Assembly (NCBI GenBank): GCA_977016875.1
Contig: CDRNST010000051.1
Location: forward strand, 3,038,001-3,102,000
Direction: 5' to 3'
Origin: Pavona decussata
Lineage: Eukaryota
DNA length: 64,000 nt
Shown here: in pieces, positions 1-14,137 of the stretch
Numbering within the stretch: position 1 is the stretch's first letter
Layout: every line of letters begins with the position of its first letter
Notes under the pieces: generated by a model
Database searches by the model: none
What the model was told of the DNA's origin: nothing
Seen by the model: the letters and a program-made list of their open reading frames with translations, nothing else
Made by a program: the position numbers and the translations under genes

Positions 1-2525
1 TCTATGATGAAAAGGTGTATAAACAGTGCACAAGCATACCGAGGGTGGCGTTTTTAAGAAAGGCTTTTCTTTAAGTTACGACATATACCGTGACGCTGTA
101 GCAACGAAAGATTCTTTTTCCATAACTCATTTTGAAACCAGGAAAAGAATATGCGTGATTCGGCTTTTTTTCCCTTTTCTGTACACGGTGTGTCATCGCT
201 GTTCGAGATAATAGTATTTTTATATGCCGTAAGAATGACAATTTTCTTGGCATGCAGATTCTTTTGTATATCTTGTTTGACCTTTTAGTTTCCGTGTTTG
301 TAATTTTGCATTAACGCATATGATTTTCAGAACTCCCTGCACCTTTTTACCCGTAAAGGTTGTGTATTTTAAAACTAATTATTTAAATCGTCCCTGCAGA
401 AGTCACCTGTACTAGTTGAGAATAAAAATCTGCTAAAGGAAGAGCACTCCTAAACGACGTTGGTGTGTGGTTCTGCGTGGACCATAAAATGCCCCGCACC
501 GAGAAGAAATGTGTGAATTAAAGTGCTAAGTAATTTGTTATAATGTGTTAAATGCTTACTAAAATTCCAAGAAAGTTTACAAACGTTAAATGCAGTGTAA
601 ACTAAACACAACTCAGCGGAGCGGGACACGACAAAGCAAAAATTCCAGCAGAGTGCATTACTCATTTTGACAGTGATAGATTGTTTTTCTTATTGCGATA
701 ATTTCCACTCCGCGCGGTTCGAGTTTCTATCCTTTATCTCTGGTTCATCTCTCTGAGATAGCAGCCAAAACAGAAATGCTCCAAGGTATTCCGTGTGGCT
801 GACACCACGCATGCACGATTAATGACCAGTTGTTTTCTACCAGTTGAACATTTCTCCAATGCGGATACATTGTGCGAGGAATAGTTTCCACTGGATGTAT
901 ACATACGAATGATCGTTTAAACAAGCGCTTAATTGCTCTATTTCCACTATTCAAGTAAACAGACTTGCATGGTATGGCCTAGCAATTGAGCACTCGGCAT
1001 CTGCGTTAGTTGACTGTAATTGGTTGATAAGGTCTGATCGAAATTATCAATATCACCCCTTATGGAGGCCTTCCTACACAAACAAAGAAACAAAACAATT
1101 ACTTTCTACTCTGTTACTGAAAGTTTTTTTAATGCGTCTGTGCGCGCACCCCGACAACCTCTAGAAAAACGAAAGTCCAATCAGTCATATAGCGTATTAA
1201 TTGTAAATTGCATTTTAACTTTTAAATTTAACTCGTTTTTAAACTATTAATATAAATTTAACTTAAATACACGAAGGCCTCCATTTAAACCAGCCCCGAT
1301 GAATTGGAAATTTCCTGTTAAAATATTTGGTTAAATAAATAAAAAATTACTAACACCGCGCGCAAATCGTAAAAGCAAACAGATCTCCCGTTCCTTCGGA
1401 AGTTTTAGTTTATGATAGTCGCTGTTGTTTAAACTTAAAAAAGGTTGAATCCATCATGATCACCTTCTAAGCCAGTCGGATGGGAAAAAATGCAAACTTG
1501 TGCCAGCTATCATTCAACCGGCCTTCTGACGGATGCTTAACAAATGCAGTATTAACAAGTTTAAGTTTTAGCCGACTTGCAATAAACAAACTGCTCTCTG
1601 CAGAGAGGGCTCTATTTACGAGCAATATGTCTTTGAAATTTGCTTTTTCAAAACTGATGGTTCTCAACTGAGATAATCCCTGTTTGATAAACCATGAATT
1701 GTTGCAGCTATCCAATCACTTGAAGACTGCCTGATTAAAAATCTTTATAACCGCACGTAAATTGCACAAACTTATTTCGGTTTGGGAGTGTAATGTATTT
1801 TAACCGAGTCAATAAAAGAGCTTAAACAAGTGTCTGACTGCCAATAGCCGTACAAAATACTAAAATATCACTCTTCATGACTCTTTTCAAGAAAGCCGTT
1901 GTCGCCTGCGAGCCTGTTATTGACACTAATTAAGATAAATTGCTACCGGCATCAGTTTAGCACTAACAACAAAAGAGCAAGTCTCAATGCATGGCGCCGA
2001 TCGAATTATCTCGAAATCAGAGCGTACAACGATCGATCTGGACGAGATAACCAAACTTTTTGAGCGGCTTAATTTCAATAATCAACCCTCGAAAAGATTG
2101 GCTTACACTGAACAGATGTAAACGTCAGAACGCGGAGAGCGCGCTGCGCACGAGTGTAAAGTCGCTTGAGAGGGATTTTCAAAGCCACTTCACTCAGCGC
2201 TCTACCGCACAAGCACCTTACTGCGTTCAATAGGTCCTTTTAACACTGATTGTTTTGTTTAAATCCGCTTTGCACGGAACACAGTTTTAATCGTTTGCCT
2301 AAGTGATCGGGGATAGCCGTTTGTATACATTAATTGATCCTTTGTGGGTGGTGCTACTGCAATAGCTCTGGGGCCATTGCTGGTCGATTTGTTGAGGCGA
2401 GATTAGAAATTTACGTTCCACGAGGACTGAACCGCCGCGAAAAGCACATCTCTGGGATTTGCTGAACATTGTGTGCTGAGAAAACACACCCAACAAACTG
2501 AACAAACTCGTTACCTTGGTGGGCG

Positions 2526-3269
2526 ATGGAAGAACTCAACAGTGATAGCTCAGAACTGTCTTCGAGCAAACAGAGAAAGGAGCCCTGCCTGGGGTCCAAG
2601 GCAGAGCGTTTAAAGCCTCCACACTCTTACATTGCACTCATCGCAACCGCGATTTTAAATTCGCCGGGGAAGAAGATGACACTGACAGAGATCAACGAGT
2701 ATTTGGTACAGAACTATGCTTTCTTCAGAGGCCCGTACCAAGGATGGAAGAATTCTGTGCGTCATAATCTGTCGTTCAACAAGTGTTTCGTGAAGATTCT
2801 GCGCGACCCTGCGCGACCGTGGGGCAAGGACAATTACTGGACAGTTAGCTCACTGCACGATTATCTGCTGGCCGATGGGACATTCAGAAGAAGACGGAGA
2901 AGAAAACCCAAAAGAAAGGAGGAGAGAGAGGAGTTAAGTCGCAGCTTGATCGCAGAGCAGATTGTGCCGCGCAACACCATGAGAGAAATTGGCGTTCATG
3001 ACGCGCGAAGAAACATTCTAATGTTGCCCACCTCTTACGAAACAGTCAGAGCGCGGCCTAACGCGGTGCACGCCGCTCGAATATCTTCGACGCCCAAACC
3101 GTTTCATGGATCGTTTTCTATTGAAAGTATTCTGGCGGACGAAAAGACGAGAGCTAAGGAGGTTGCGCGTGCGAGGAGAGGGAGTGGAACATTTCCTGTT
3201 ACAACTGTCCTTAATCCAAACATTGGTATGTTCAATAGCAAGTTTAGATTTCCGGTGTTTGGTTTTTAA
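2526..3269 (+). CDS. FoxQ1: Forkhead box transcription factor, FoxQ1 class (paralog a), single exon, 247 aa
   Basis: Complete forkhead domain [10 protein letters not shown]...[18 protein letters not shown] with the FoxQ1-diagnostic wing-1 [13 protein letters not shown] and wing-2 ADGTFRRRRRR (human FOXQ1 has [13 protein letters not shown]...ADGVFRRRRKR). C-terminal eh1 motif FSIESIL at 3114-3134. Confidence 0.93.
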   Translation: MEELNSDSSELSSSKQRKEPCLGSKAERLKPPHSYIALIATAILNSPGKKMTLTEINEYLVQNYAFFRGPYQGWKNSVRHNLSFNKCFVKILRDPARPWGKDNYWTVSSLHDYLLADGTFRRRRRRKPKRKEEREELSRSLIAEQIVPRNTMREIGVHDARRNILMLPTSYETVRARPNAVHAARISSTPKPFHGSFSIESILADEKTRAKEVARARRGSGTFPVTTVLNPNIGMFNSKFRFPVFGF

Positions 3270-3454
3270 TTTACTATATAGCCTTAAATCAAATCATGAG
3301 CACGCTGAGGTATTTATGAGGGGTATGACTGCGACGTGACTAAGTCAAAAAGCATGAACGATCAAAGTGACAGCGCATGTGACCACTGGCAAGCGTTTCA
3401 TCAAAAGCCGCATTACACACAACAACACACTGAGTAAACATTATTTACGCAAGA

Positions 3455-3460
3455 AATAAA
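3455..3460 (+). terminator. Putative polyadenylation signal of FoxQ1a
   Basis: First AATAAA after the stop codon, about 190 nt downstream. Confidence 0.45.
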
Positions 3461-5154
3461 CGGTCCCAATTTATCGTAAACTTATACAAATCACAAAGTA
3501 GTTTAATTCATTAACAAGGCATCGTCAGTATAATTACATACGCAGTACTAAATTACACTCACCTATCTTCGTGCAGGTTTAGAAGGTCTCGTGGGGAGGA
3601 CTACAGGGTTTACTCGCCATTTTTTTCTCAATTTCGAGCTGAAAACTACAACTTGCATAGAACTCACTTGACCTTGTTTATTATTCTCTTTCCGCTTGTA
3701 AACTCGAGTGAAGGTGGTCCACTTGTTGCTGCTCAGTGGATTGGCCATTAAAACAATGCAAACGTTCATCGCGAGACAAAATCTTTTCACGCTTTAATAT
3801 TTCTCACACTTTAGCGACCTTGCTCGCTTGACAGTCAAACCACAGGTCGTTTTTGGTTTATGTTTCACGCACTATGATCAATAACCAAGGTGCTAAACGT
3901 TTTGTTGTCAGCTAAGGATTCTTCTCTAAACCAGCGACATACGGCCAAGTGAAAGATACCTCAGGAAATATAGTGTCCGTTCTCGATTGACCCAATGCAA
4001 TAAGAAAGCAAGTCAAGGCCTTCAGATAATTTGGCTAATAAAAATTCTGAGTCGTGAACAATTCATTAGATTCGACTTTTTTTATTTCGATTGGGGTGCA
4101 TATTTGAGATCAAAACCACAGCCGTGAATCCGTGAGTACAAATGCAGAAATCCCAACCAAATGAATCAATAACTACCTCTTACACTTTAGCAAGGCGGTT
4201 GGCAAGTTACCACTTATGAGTTATCACAAAGTTACCAGAGGAAAAACACCCAAAACCTCTCGAGGGCCAAATCCGTCCTGCTATAAGTTAACTGGTTACA
4301 AAGTTGCGCAAATACTGAAGCTATAATATAAAGGAAGAAGCAAGAAGCGGCTAAAAGAGACTTTGGCAATGGAAATCTCCAGTCTTGACCAATATCACAT
4401 TATAGACTTTGAGGTTAGGAAAAAGGGTGCGGTGAGAGTAACCAGACCAGATGAAGTGTTTATACATCGAAAGTCCAAACATTTAACCTTAAAATAAACT
4501 GAATTCTCTTAGACTGATGACTGAACGCTCACAGCAGTGTCTTCAGGAGCTAACTGTGCGGATCAGAGTATCAGACTTGTTAAACGTTAACAATTGTGTT
4601 CAACTTACCAACAGAACGAGAGTTAATCGTGAAACAACTACTTCGAGAAGTCAAATCTACGTTGCTTAATCTCGACGGATTGCAGTTTTCTGTCGTATTT
4701 ACAACAAAACGTAATCGTCTTTGGTAAAAAGGCTCGAATTTCTGCGATTGAACGAGATGTATACAACAGCCTATCACCACGAACGTGACTCCTGAAGTCG
4801 TGCGTATTTTTCAAGAAGGTTCTTCAGCATCTGCCGCTACCCAGCGAGATCTCTTACAATACTTAGTACTTTTAATTTCTTCTTTTCACGACAACCGACT
4901 GCTATTAAACTCAGCTTTTAATTTATCCTTTCAAAACCTGCATTAAACAAATCTAAGTGCATTAGGTACCAACACATGCAAGTAATCTTAAGTCATCTAC
5001 CCTCCACGCTCGAGCATTTACCCAAAGGAACCATTTTTCAGTTTATAATGCAACTGCGTTTACATTGATTACAATTAAGGGTTTTCTAGATAGTTTGCTT
5101 GTAACAGCAACCACTACAAACTGGAAAGATTTTAAGCGTAAGAACTCCATTATT

Positions 5155-5525
5155 AAACTTTTGTTTTAAGACTTTAATTGTCAGAAAGACAACCATCTCG
5201 AGCTTTACTGCTGCATGTAAATCCCCGAAAAGCTCTCGAGTTTGTAGCGTTGATGACACAGCTCATAAAAGGCTTTTGTACCGATAACATGCATTTACCT
5301 CATTCACAGTTGTCAGCAAATTCTCAACTCTTCTTTTAGGACTTATTACGATGAAAACTGAGTTGTCAGAAAGACAACCAAGATTCATTCCTGCTTTAAA
5401 TCCCCGCCGAAAAGCACTCGAGTTCTCAGGGTTGATAACACCGCTTAAAGAAGGCTTTTGCCGTTGACAAGCGTTTACCTCATTCAAAGTTGTCAGCAAA
5501 TTCTAAACTTGTTTTTCATGACTAA
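5155..5525. repeat. Diverged tandem duplication, period about 185 bp, just over two copies
   Basis: ttgtcagaaagacaacca...tttacctcattca.agttgtcagcaaattct.aact starts at 5178 and again at 5363. Confidence 0.85.
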
Positions 5526-8109
5526 GTAAATCAGTGTGAATAATTGCTCTCAGACTGGCTTGTTCTTGACGACTTGTAATCAAAAAAGAACAACGAAACT
5601 GACTCTCTTATAAATCGGGTGGTCTAGCCAGCTTAAATCGAAATTATAACCCTACGATAAAGCTGTGTAGTTATAACTCAGATAAAAAAACGCACGTGTG
5701 CTGAGCCTAATGCAAGGCGCACATTTGGGACCTACGGTTTCCAACCATCACGAAGGCCCAAATGACAAGGTCGAATTTCTCCGCCTCAATAAGCGAGAAA
5801 CACGTTACTGATCAACTCAACTATTAATTACTCTCCCTGATCATTCCTTTTACGTTAATCAAGACTTATTCCTCATCTGTGTTCGCAAAAGTAAACTGGA
5901 ATGTAATCTATTTTTGTTTCTTCTCGATCAGGGTCAAGAAGTATCGTCCATTGCTGCCACCCTGCTCGAGCAGAAGCCCAGGTTCCTTTCCCGAGGGCAG
6001 AACACTTATGCACGCCCATGGCTCCGAACACATTCGCCTCCAGTGGATGTGAACTGTGGAATGCTTCTTGCCACTGCTGTCACTCGTGTGCTGCCTCGAC
6101 GCATTTTCATGCTTGTTACTAGCGGATGCAAAGGGGATTGAGTAACGTCAAAGAAATAGTACATTTATTTACAAACTCTGAAGTTCACCTTCAAAGTTTC
6201 CCATGTGCACTTACTGTACAGAGTTAGAAAGAGAAGCAAAAATTCATACAATGACTCTGTGGCCATCCAATATATTGAATCTCAAAGAAATTTGGTTCAG
6301 TGAAAGTTTTATGGATACTTTGTAAAAATACAAACTTTGCAATTTTGTATTTTTTGGCAAGCACCTCCGTAACGTTCAGTATCTTTCACGGTCAGTGCAC
6401 GGTATTAAAAACGGTCACTTTTTCAGTTAAGGAGTTCCTATCAATATAACAAGTTTTGCCTCTAAGAATTAACGTGCTAAACCTTTGAGTCAGTTCTTTT
6501 TGGTTCATGGGATTTATGTACATTCTGTAAATAATCGTGTCCTTTGATTTTGTATGAACATATACTGAAGGGCTGCAAACAAGTGTTAGCTTTAGCGCGC
6601 GTCCACCTCACAGATACTAGTCGACCTTCATCTCGATCAGAAAGAAAATAGAGGCAAAAATTTTCTAAACGCTACCATCACAGACTCAACAGTTACTGAA
6701 AGCCATATTAACTGATTATTAAAACATTTCACTTTGGAAGTAAAAGGGAAACGCCTTTAATACTTCAGGGTTCCTCGGCTGTTGGTTGGCCGGAATTAAA
6801 GAGTTCTTTAAACGGAAAAGGAATCGACATGTTTACCCTGAGGACAATGAAATTCAGAGAGAAAGCTGAGCTTGTACAGTAAATGCCAGACAAAATCTTG
6901 TAATTTTTAAAGTTACAAATAATCTCACCTTGGAATAATTTTAGGCTCGATAGTATTAAAATACAGTACAAATACATTGTTTTAGTATCACTGAGTCATG
7001 TTGTCGAGCGACCGCACGAACAGTAATGTAATCCGCCCCATTTCCAAAGAGACGATCGTAGTGTCTGGCTTAACATTGTAACCATTGCATAAAGTTTTTG
7101 CTACTATATGTTAAAATTCTTTTGATACGCTTATAAATCATTTGTGACACGATAACGAATATTTCAAATCATGCAAATTCATTGCGTGTATCAAAAGAAA
7201 GAATTCATTCGTGAAAATTTCAGGCATGCCACCAGATAAGAACTTCGTCTAGTGCACTCAATACGTTCACGACAATTTTCTAGCAGTTAAGATATTTCAG
7301 TAAGAAACAGAAAACGCCAAAAACTGGAGTATTCTACAGTCCAGAAATTGTTTTCTTTACATAACTTCTAAATATTCATCCAATTAATTAATTAAGGGCG
7401 TTGTCATCAAAACTTGTTTTCTCGAGCAAATATTCCCTTTCTGGAGCGTTCAGGTCCTTTGGAAAATTTAGATACACCTAAGAACTTTACCAACGCAAAC
7501 AGGACTGCATAGATGACTAGGCTACCGTCTAGCACTTTACTTCACCACTTATGCAATGTATTTAGTGTTACCAGTTTCAAAGAAGACATGACGGGTCTTT
7601 ATGGAACTGGTAGTACATGTAAAATGTGAGATTTACATCAGTTGAAAGGTTTGTTGATTATATAAACAAACAAACACAAGCAAAAACAATATTGTGTCAC
7701 TGGAAATTACATGTTGTGATATGATATGTCATTCAGTAGACATTGAGTAATCTATTTGGGACCGAAAAAGAAAAGAAGAAGAAGTTATTTGTTTCAAAGT
7801 CATGTATTGATCTGCACAGATTGTGCACTTTGTTTAGGCGTTTCTTTTGATGATTGTAAGTAATTTAAGGCAGTAAAACCTCGTTTTTACTTGGTCCTAA
7901 ACAATGAGTCAATCCAAAGTTTAGTTCAACATTAAGAGCCTCTCCTCGTGTAAGTCGGAAGAATTAAAGGGCCATGTTCTTAATACAAGGGTTCTAAATC
8001 CATTTAGTTGTTGTCTTTAAGAGGATTAGCACCCTCTTCGTGGTTTATCTTTGAAAAAAGTAACATTGCACACGGGCCGGCACGGCAAGCAACCCCTTCG
8101 ACTCAGTCA

Positions 8110-8310
8110 CACTTTTTGTGGTTTCCCCAACACGAAGCAATAGGAAACATTACTAATTACCCCACCCTTACGTGAGATCAGTGCTATTCCATCGCTGGAT
8201 TATTCTCAATACTCTTTTAGGTTTCCCTTATAGTTCAGTGGTGACCATTTGTACCTGGGTAAAGTGAAGTAAAATTTATCGTCAAAGGAAAAAAAAAACG
8301 CGATAAGAAG
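8110..8310 (-). mobile_element. Highly degenerate SINE remnant (CORE/V-domain-like)
   Basis: Patches such as gaagcaataggaaacattact, ccatcgctgg and accatttgtacctgggt resemble the reverse complement of the SINE body at 38590-38850. Confidence 0.35.
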
Positions 8311-11300
8311 CATCTAATGGATGATAATAACAACCTCTCAGAAATTGAAATCAAGTAGTAACGCGTTGTTGCACAGTGTGGTCACTACAGGATCACATTA
8401 TTCGGAGAGGTGTAAATCTAATTTTAGGTCCAAAGAAATCGGTCAAAATCCAATCAAGACAAGAAAGGCTCTTAAAATTCACTTTTTCGTAATATCGGCC
8501 TCGTGAATAGGGTTTTTTTTTACATTACGGACCCCTTTTTGTTTTGCATCCTAGATTTCTGGTCCCTGATTTCGCCAAAATTGCACATTTCAATCCCTAT
8601 TTCCTCGAAATTCACATCTCGTGCTTTGGGCCAGATCCTTGGCCTGCTAAAACCCAACCCACCAATCCGGATCCCTGCTCCCACATACCCCGCTCCGCCC
8701 CTAGTTGTGACCCTGAGATTTCAGTGCTTGATTTCCAAAGCATGGCGTTGTTCATTCCATTACTACGAAAATACAACAGCTTTCAATTGCCACTGAATCC
8801 ATGTCTACCAACAATATGTAATATACTGTAGCGGGTATACACAAAATGTTACTGATTAGACTTAGAAAAGTTGTGCTTTTCTCAGTTCTAAGCGTGTTGA
8901 CGGGTAAGCGTAGCTCAACAATTTATTTATAAGAGGCCCTCATGCAAGGGTTATATACTTTATGAATGCCTCAAGTATGAAGATAAAACTGAAAAAAACC
9001 ATCGCTTCACCATTTTTCTTCTCAACGTTCATACTTTGATCAGAGGCTTGGACTAAAGCCGGTCTGAACGCTGCGATACGAAATACAATTCATAGCATGC
9101 TTGTTTGCTTTATATTTTGGAAAGAGGAGGCAATTTGCGGGATTTGAAATTCTGTATTAATACTATTGGTCCCTACTGAAAACTGGTACGAACAACGCTA
9201 GAGAAAGTTTCATTTGAGGGTTACCTTGTACGAAAATCACGGCGTAATTTTTTGGTTTTCATTTTTCTCGACCACATATTCAGCATTTCAAGCCTACTTT
9301 TACTTGTGTAAATATTCTAATTAAAGCATGGCCTCTCCTGTAAGTCTCGGTGATCAAGGTACAATTAGATGGATCAACGGATAACGCAGTCATTCACAAC
9401 ATTCAAACTTCACGTCCCCTGATATCGCCGGGCGAGCAGATGGTGATCATATGTCATCTGTTCTTGTCAGCGAGGATTATTCCCTGCTTCTCTTTATCTT
9501 TCGTCCACATACTTCACTAGCAGACGAACATGCAAATTGCTATGTGTGGTCTACCAGCCAAACAAAGCGCGAGATCCGAGCTTTTCCTTCGGACAACGCA
9601 ACAGATTCCGCCATTCCTTCGATGGAGGGCATAAATTACCTGCACACACGTCGAGAAAACCTTCGCCTAAACATATGGCACAAAAGATTTTAAACATGAA
9701 GATAAGATCTTCCAAAGGGTCTTTATGAAGGCTCCATTAGGTCTCGCTCGGTGAAAATCGCTTGATATCAACGTTCTATCACGCAAATTAATTTTCTGAC
9801 AGCAAAAGGTCAAAAGCTTGGAGCACCGGTGTTGTTTGATGATCGTCTGCTCGCTATGGAAGCGATAAGTCGGTTGATAAGTCGATAATTGATGTTTTCA
9901 AGGTATTTTTGGAGCAATATAGTAAGGGAGGTGGGGGTGGGTGGTTAGCAAGGGGTTAAAACGTAACGGAAAGAACTGAAGCCAGTAAAGACGAAAATTT
10001 TCGACCGTTTGCTTTAGGGAACATATTGCACAATATGTTTCTCGAGAAATCCATCAATAAGAACAGGATGATAATAGAATAGGGACTGTTGGATCGTGAC
10101 CAGTGATATACGCGGCTAATCTTCCATTATTATTATAATCTGACTAAATAGTTATTTTGAACATTGTGAAAAGCTGCATAAATGGTAAGGGTGGACACTA
10201 TTGCAGTCTTAAGAATCGAAGTCGACTGCTAGTACATGTAACCTAGTGTATTTCAGAGATTTTTATAGAGATACTGGAGCGTGCGAGAGGCGTGAATTGA
10301 CCACGCCAGCGCCCAATCATAACGGTGGCTCGCAGGCAATAAGAAATTTCCCTTGCAGCGACCACTCTCTTCAACAACTTATCTCCACAGTTCAGCGACC
10401 CTCTTAATGAAATGACGCCGTTTGAATCAGTTCTCACTCAAACACTATTCAGAATCAATCGTAAGCGATCATCTCCCAAAGTGATCGCAACCAAGTAAAT
10501 CGCGTTTGAATAAGGTACTTCCGACAATCTATCATAAGCCACCATCTATTTTTCTCTGCTCTGGCGCTGTGATCGCTAACAAGAGATTTACTGAATTAAC
10601 TGTATCTTTTTTGCCTACCCTATTTGAGACGGACCAGAAGTACATAACAAGATTCTTCTTACGTATTTGTGTTGAGACAAAGCTGCACCTTATTTCAATC
10701 CAAAGAGTAAAACAAATCATACTGTGAAGACAAAATGGCTGACTCGGAGGCCTATTGGCGCTGTACACACCTGTGTACTAAATATAGGGGAGTACAGAGT
10801 AAACAGCTCGGGTTAACTGCCATCTATGAACAAATAACGGATTTCCTCCCTAATATGGTATTAACGGAAGAGTTTTCCCAAAAATATGGTAATTATGTGG
10901 CTATTTAAAAGTCCTGGGAATATCAATGTTGGACTCCAGATAGTGTAACATCATAAAGGCAATTAAATCGGTCCCTTCCAGATGCCGTGTCAAAGAGGGT
11001 TCACTTTATGATACTGAGAGAGCAATGCCGAGGGAAATCAAAGATAGCTTGAAACCCCGTCCAATCCCGAATACGTCCGTTTTTATATTAAACGCTATAG
11101 TGCTATGTGGACTTAAGGATGGGCCGTTTTGGTCCGAAATAGAAGGAAAGTGTTCGGACTTAGGTCTGAAACAGCATTGAGATTTCCAGCTCAAACAAAA
11201 AATAACTTACACCCAGGAAAACCTGTAGGGCGTCTGTAGAAGGGTTTTGGGATATCAGGTAATTCTCGGGATGATTTAAGGGGTAGATTTCCCAACAAGA

Positions 11301-12943
11301 AAAGAGAGCGATATTCATAACTTACAACTGTGGATGGGATTCGGAAAATAACAAGGGGTCCGCCGAGACTCAAATAATTTCTATCAGAGAGGCACAGGAT
11401 TAAGGTTCGAAAATATAAAGCCACAATAGGATGTTGGGATTGAGGAAAAAGTGGGGCGGGGTAAGGGAATTGAAGAATCCTTTTGAGCCTTAACCGCTAC
11501 ACCTGACATTTCTCACGCTGAAGGTAAAATCCAAGGCTTCTAGTATCAATAGCTCATCGTACGCTATCAAAAGCAGTATTGGGGCTACCCAGGCCTATAT
11601 TATAGTCAATACCACCTGAAAAGGCATAACCAGAATAACCACGAACAGAGGGCAGCTGAACGACTCGCAAGCCAGCCTGATGGGGCTGTACCGTCTGACG
11701 TACAACTAGTTAATAGTTACTGCGTGTGGTCAGAAGATTAGTTGACGAATGAGCTTTGTCAGTATTGAAAAGTTTCTTCTGTGCAGCGTCTACATTAACA
11801 TTGCTATTCAACGCAAAAATGACGTTCCGATCCCAAAATAGGGCGTCTCAGGCATACATAATTTCCGTCTGGTATAAGAAAGCCTTTTCAAGTTCCCATA
11901 TCTTCGTATTTCATAAGTGCACAAGTTCACTGATAAAGAATAATTATGATTATCGGGGGATTAACACAGCACCACCGCTAGTCACGTAGCCGCTCAAGTT
12001 TTGTGGATCTCGCTTCACGTTCCAAGAAGAAAATGGGTTAATTTTTAGCACTGCAAAGAAAGGGAGGAGATGAGTAGAAAAGATTTCTAATTCTTGATAA
12101 AAACAATCCCCCGAAAACTCGGCAGTCGTATGAAAACGTTACTATTTCGTGGCTGTTATAGATATAGGATCAGCTAAGTAGTTTGCCATCAAAACATAAT
12201 CTTACATCCTGTTCATTACTGACAGCAGACACGTTCTTCCCTTCAATACGAGATAGTGACGCTCTTTTCCTAGAATTCCTCTAAGTACCAAGTTGCTCGT
12301 TTTTACTTGGGGACAAAAGAAATATTTTTCGTGGGAAAACATACCGTGTAAACGCTGTATCTGTGCGTGTTGAGCGCGTGATGCGAAAGAGGTGTTCAGA
12401 TGACTCCAAAATGAGCGTGCATAAGCGTCTGCGTCATCAGTGTACTGTTGCGCGATCACGGCCGTGAACTGTCAACGAAACGAGCTCGTCAGGAGGCTAG
12501 GGGTAATATCCAGAGCTTAACACCCTCATCCCATCCCGCTTAAGTCCCAGAGCAGATCCATTTGATTTTTAACTCTACTTCAGACCAAGCACCTTAAATA
12601 TATCCTGTTTTGTGGGTTAAAATGGTCAAATCAGTTCCACCCTAAACCCTGCTCGTAAGGGCGACCATACCTATAGTGCATTAATCGTTAATAAGGGTGT
12701 ACACCTCCCGCCCCACTGGGTACCATTCACTGGAAAAAAAAATAATTTGCAAATAATTTGAAATAATGCTGGACTAATTGCTCTAGCCAAGTTGAAATGC
12801 TGACACTGTGTGGTTGATGTCTTTCCGCGACTGCGCACTGATTTTAGTACATACAGTAATACATCTGAAACCGAAGCTGGTTACCTCCCGAGTTGGATAG
12901 TTGTCGGTATTTGTGCCCAAGATACTGCAGAATAAAGTTTAAT

Positions 12944-13680
12944 TAAGGGGGCTGGAGGGTTTTTTTTGGCCGCGCATGCGCGTAGTCTACTTATACCACG
13001 GGAATAGTCAGAAAGCATGCGTCAGCTGAATGAAGAATAACTTTCTATCAAAAGTGGAGCGTGCAGCACACCGGAAGTGAAAATACGGGGTCAAATCGCG
13101 CCAATCGGAGACAAAACCTGCAGAAACGTTTGCTTTTATCTCAAACTTTTGCATCGTCAACCTACCTTGAATTTTTTCTTGCACACAATATTCAGCGTAT
13201 TTTATTTGAAGAAAGTTAATAACCAGTAGAACTTTTTGTAAACGAAAAAAGGCCTTACACCAGGTTTTTTGGGGTCTTCTGGGACCCGGTGATTGCCCCT
13301 TCCCCCCCCCCCCCCCCCAATAAGTCCACGACTATTAAAGCGATGACAATGACACTTGGAGTATAAATATGACGTGGAAATTCGCCATGATGCCAAATGG
13401 CGGCCATCTTGAATTTCATGAAAGCGCCAAAATTAAACGAAAAGAAATCAAAACCACTAACAAACAAAACAAAATGAGTACTATTAGCTGGAAACGTAAA
13501 AAGGTACTTAAGAAAGTAATGTTTCTTTATGTTAAAATGGAATTTAAAAATGACCTGTCAACAACTGTTTGCCACAGTAACATCGAACTCAATAAACTCT
13601 AACGAACCGCATCAAATTGTTCATGGCGTTTGTGCAAACATTAAAAACGTTATTCAGGTTCAAAGTCGTCACGGGTAGAA
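12944..13680. mobile_element. Patch of DNA-transposon-derived fragments
   Basis: TTAA-GGGGGCTGGAGGG start, a poly-C run at 13302-13318 and a ggcggccatcttgaa motif typical of MITE bodies. No paired termini resolved. Confidence 0.3.
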
Positions 13681-13949
13681 ACGTCCCTGGTCTAGATTTA
13701 TTTGCTGAGTTCCGACTGGAAAACTTTTTTTATCATACTGCCAGAACTCTTTCGAAATAAGGACACAGTTGTTTTGTGATTCCTCCTGGGGTGTATACTC
13801 CCCTACATGAGCTTAATGGGTATGTGCGGCGCCAAAGGGTATCGTCTTTGAGACGTTTTGGTTTGAAAGTCTGAAAATGGATATGGATTTTACAGAAACG
13901 GATATGAATTCAAGAAACCAGTCTGAAATGGGTATGATTTTAGAGTCCC

Positions 13950-14106
13950 GGCCCCGGTTGTTCAAAGAGCGGATAACTCCATCCAGTGGACAAAACTCTA
14001 TCCAGCGGATAAATTTATTTCCAACCAATAATTTTTATCTATTGGAATATATGCGTTATTGACCAAGCGTGAGGGCAAGATGGCTGGATATTGGCCAAGT
14101 TCTTTT

Positions 14107-14137
<31 letters not shown>

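Noticed and set aside
1000-9100. Scattered TCF (CTTTGWW) and Fox (TAAACA) sites around FoxQ1a as evidence of Wnt input or autoregulation
   Set aside because: These short AT-rich motifs are expected by chance at this base composition; enrichment cannot be shown without statistics.
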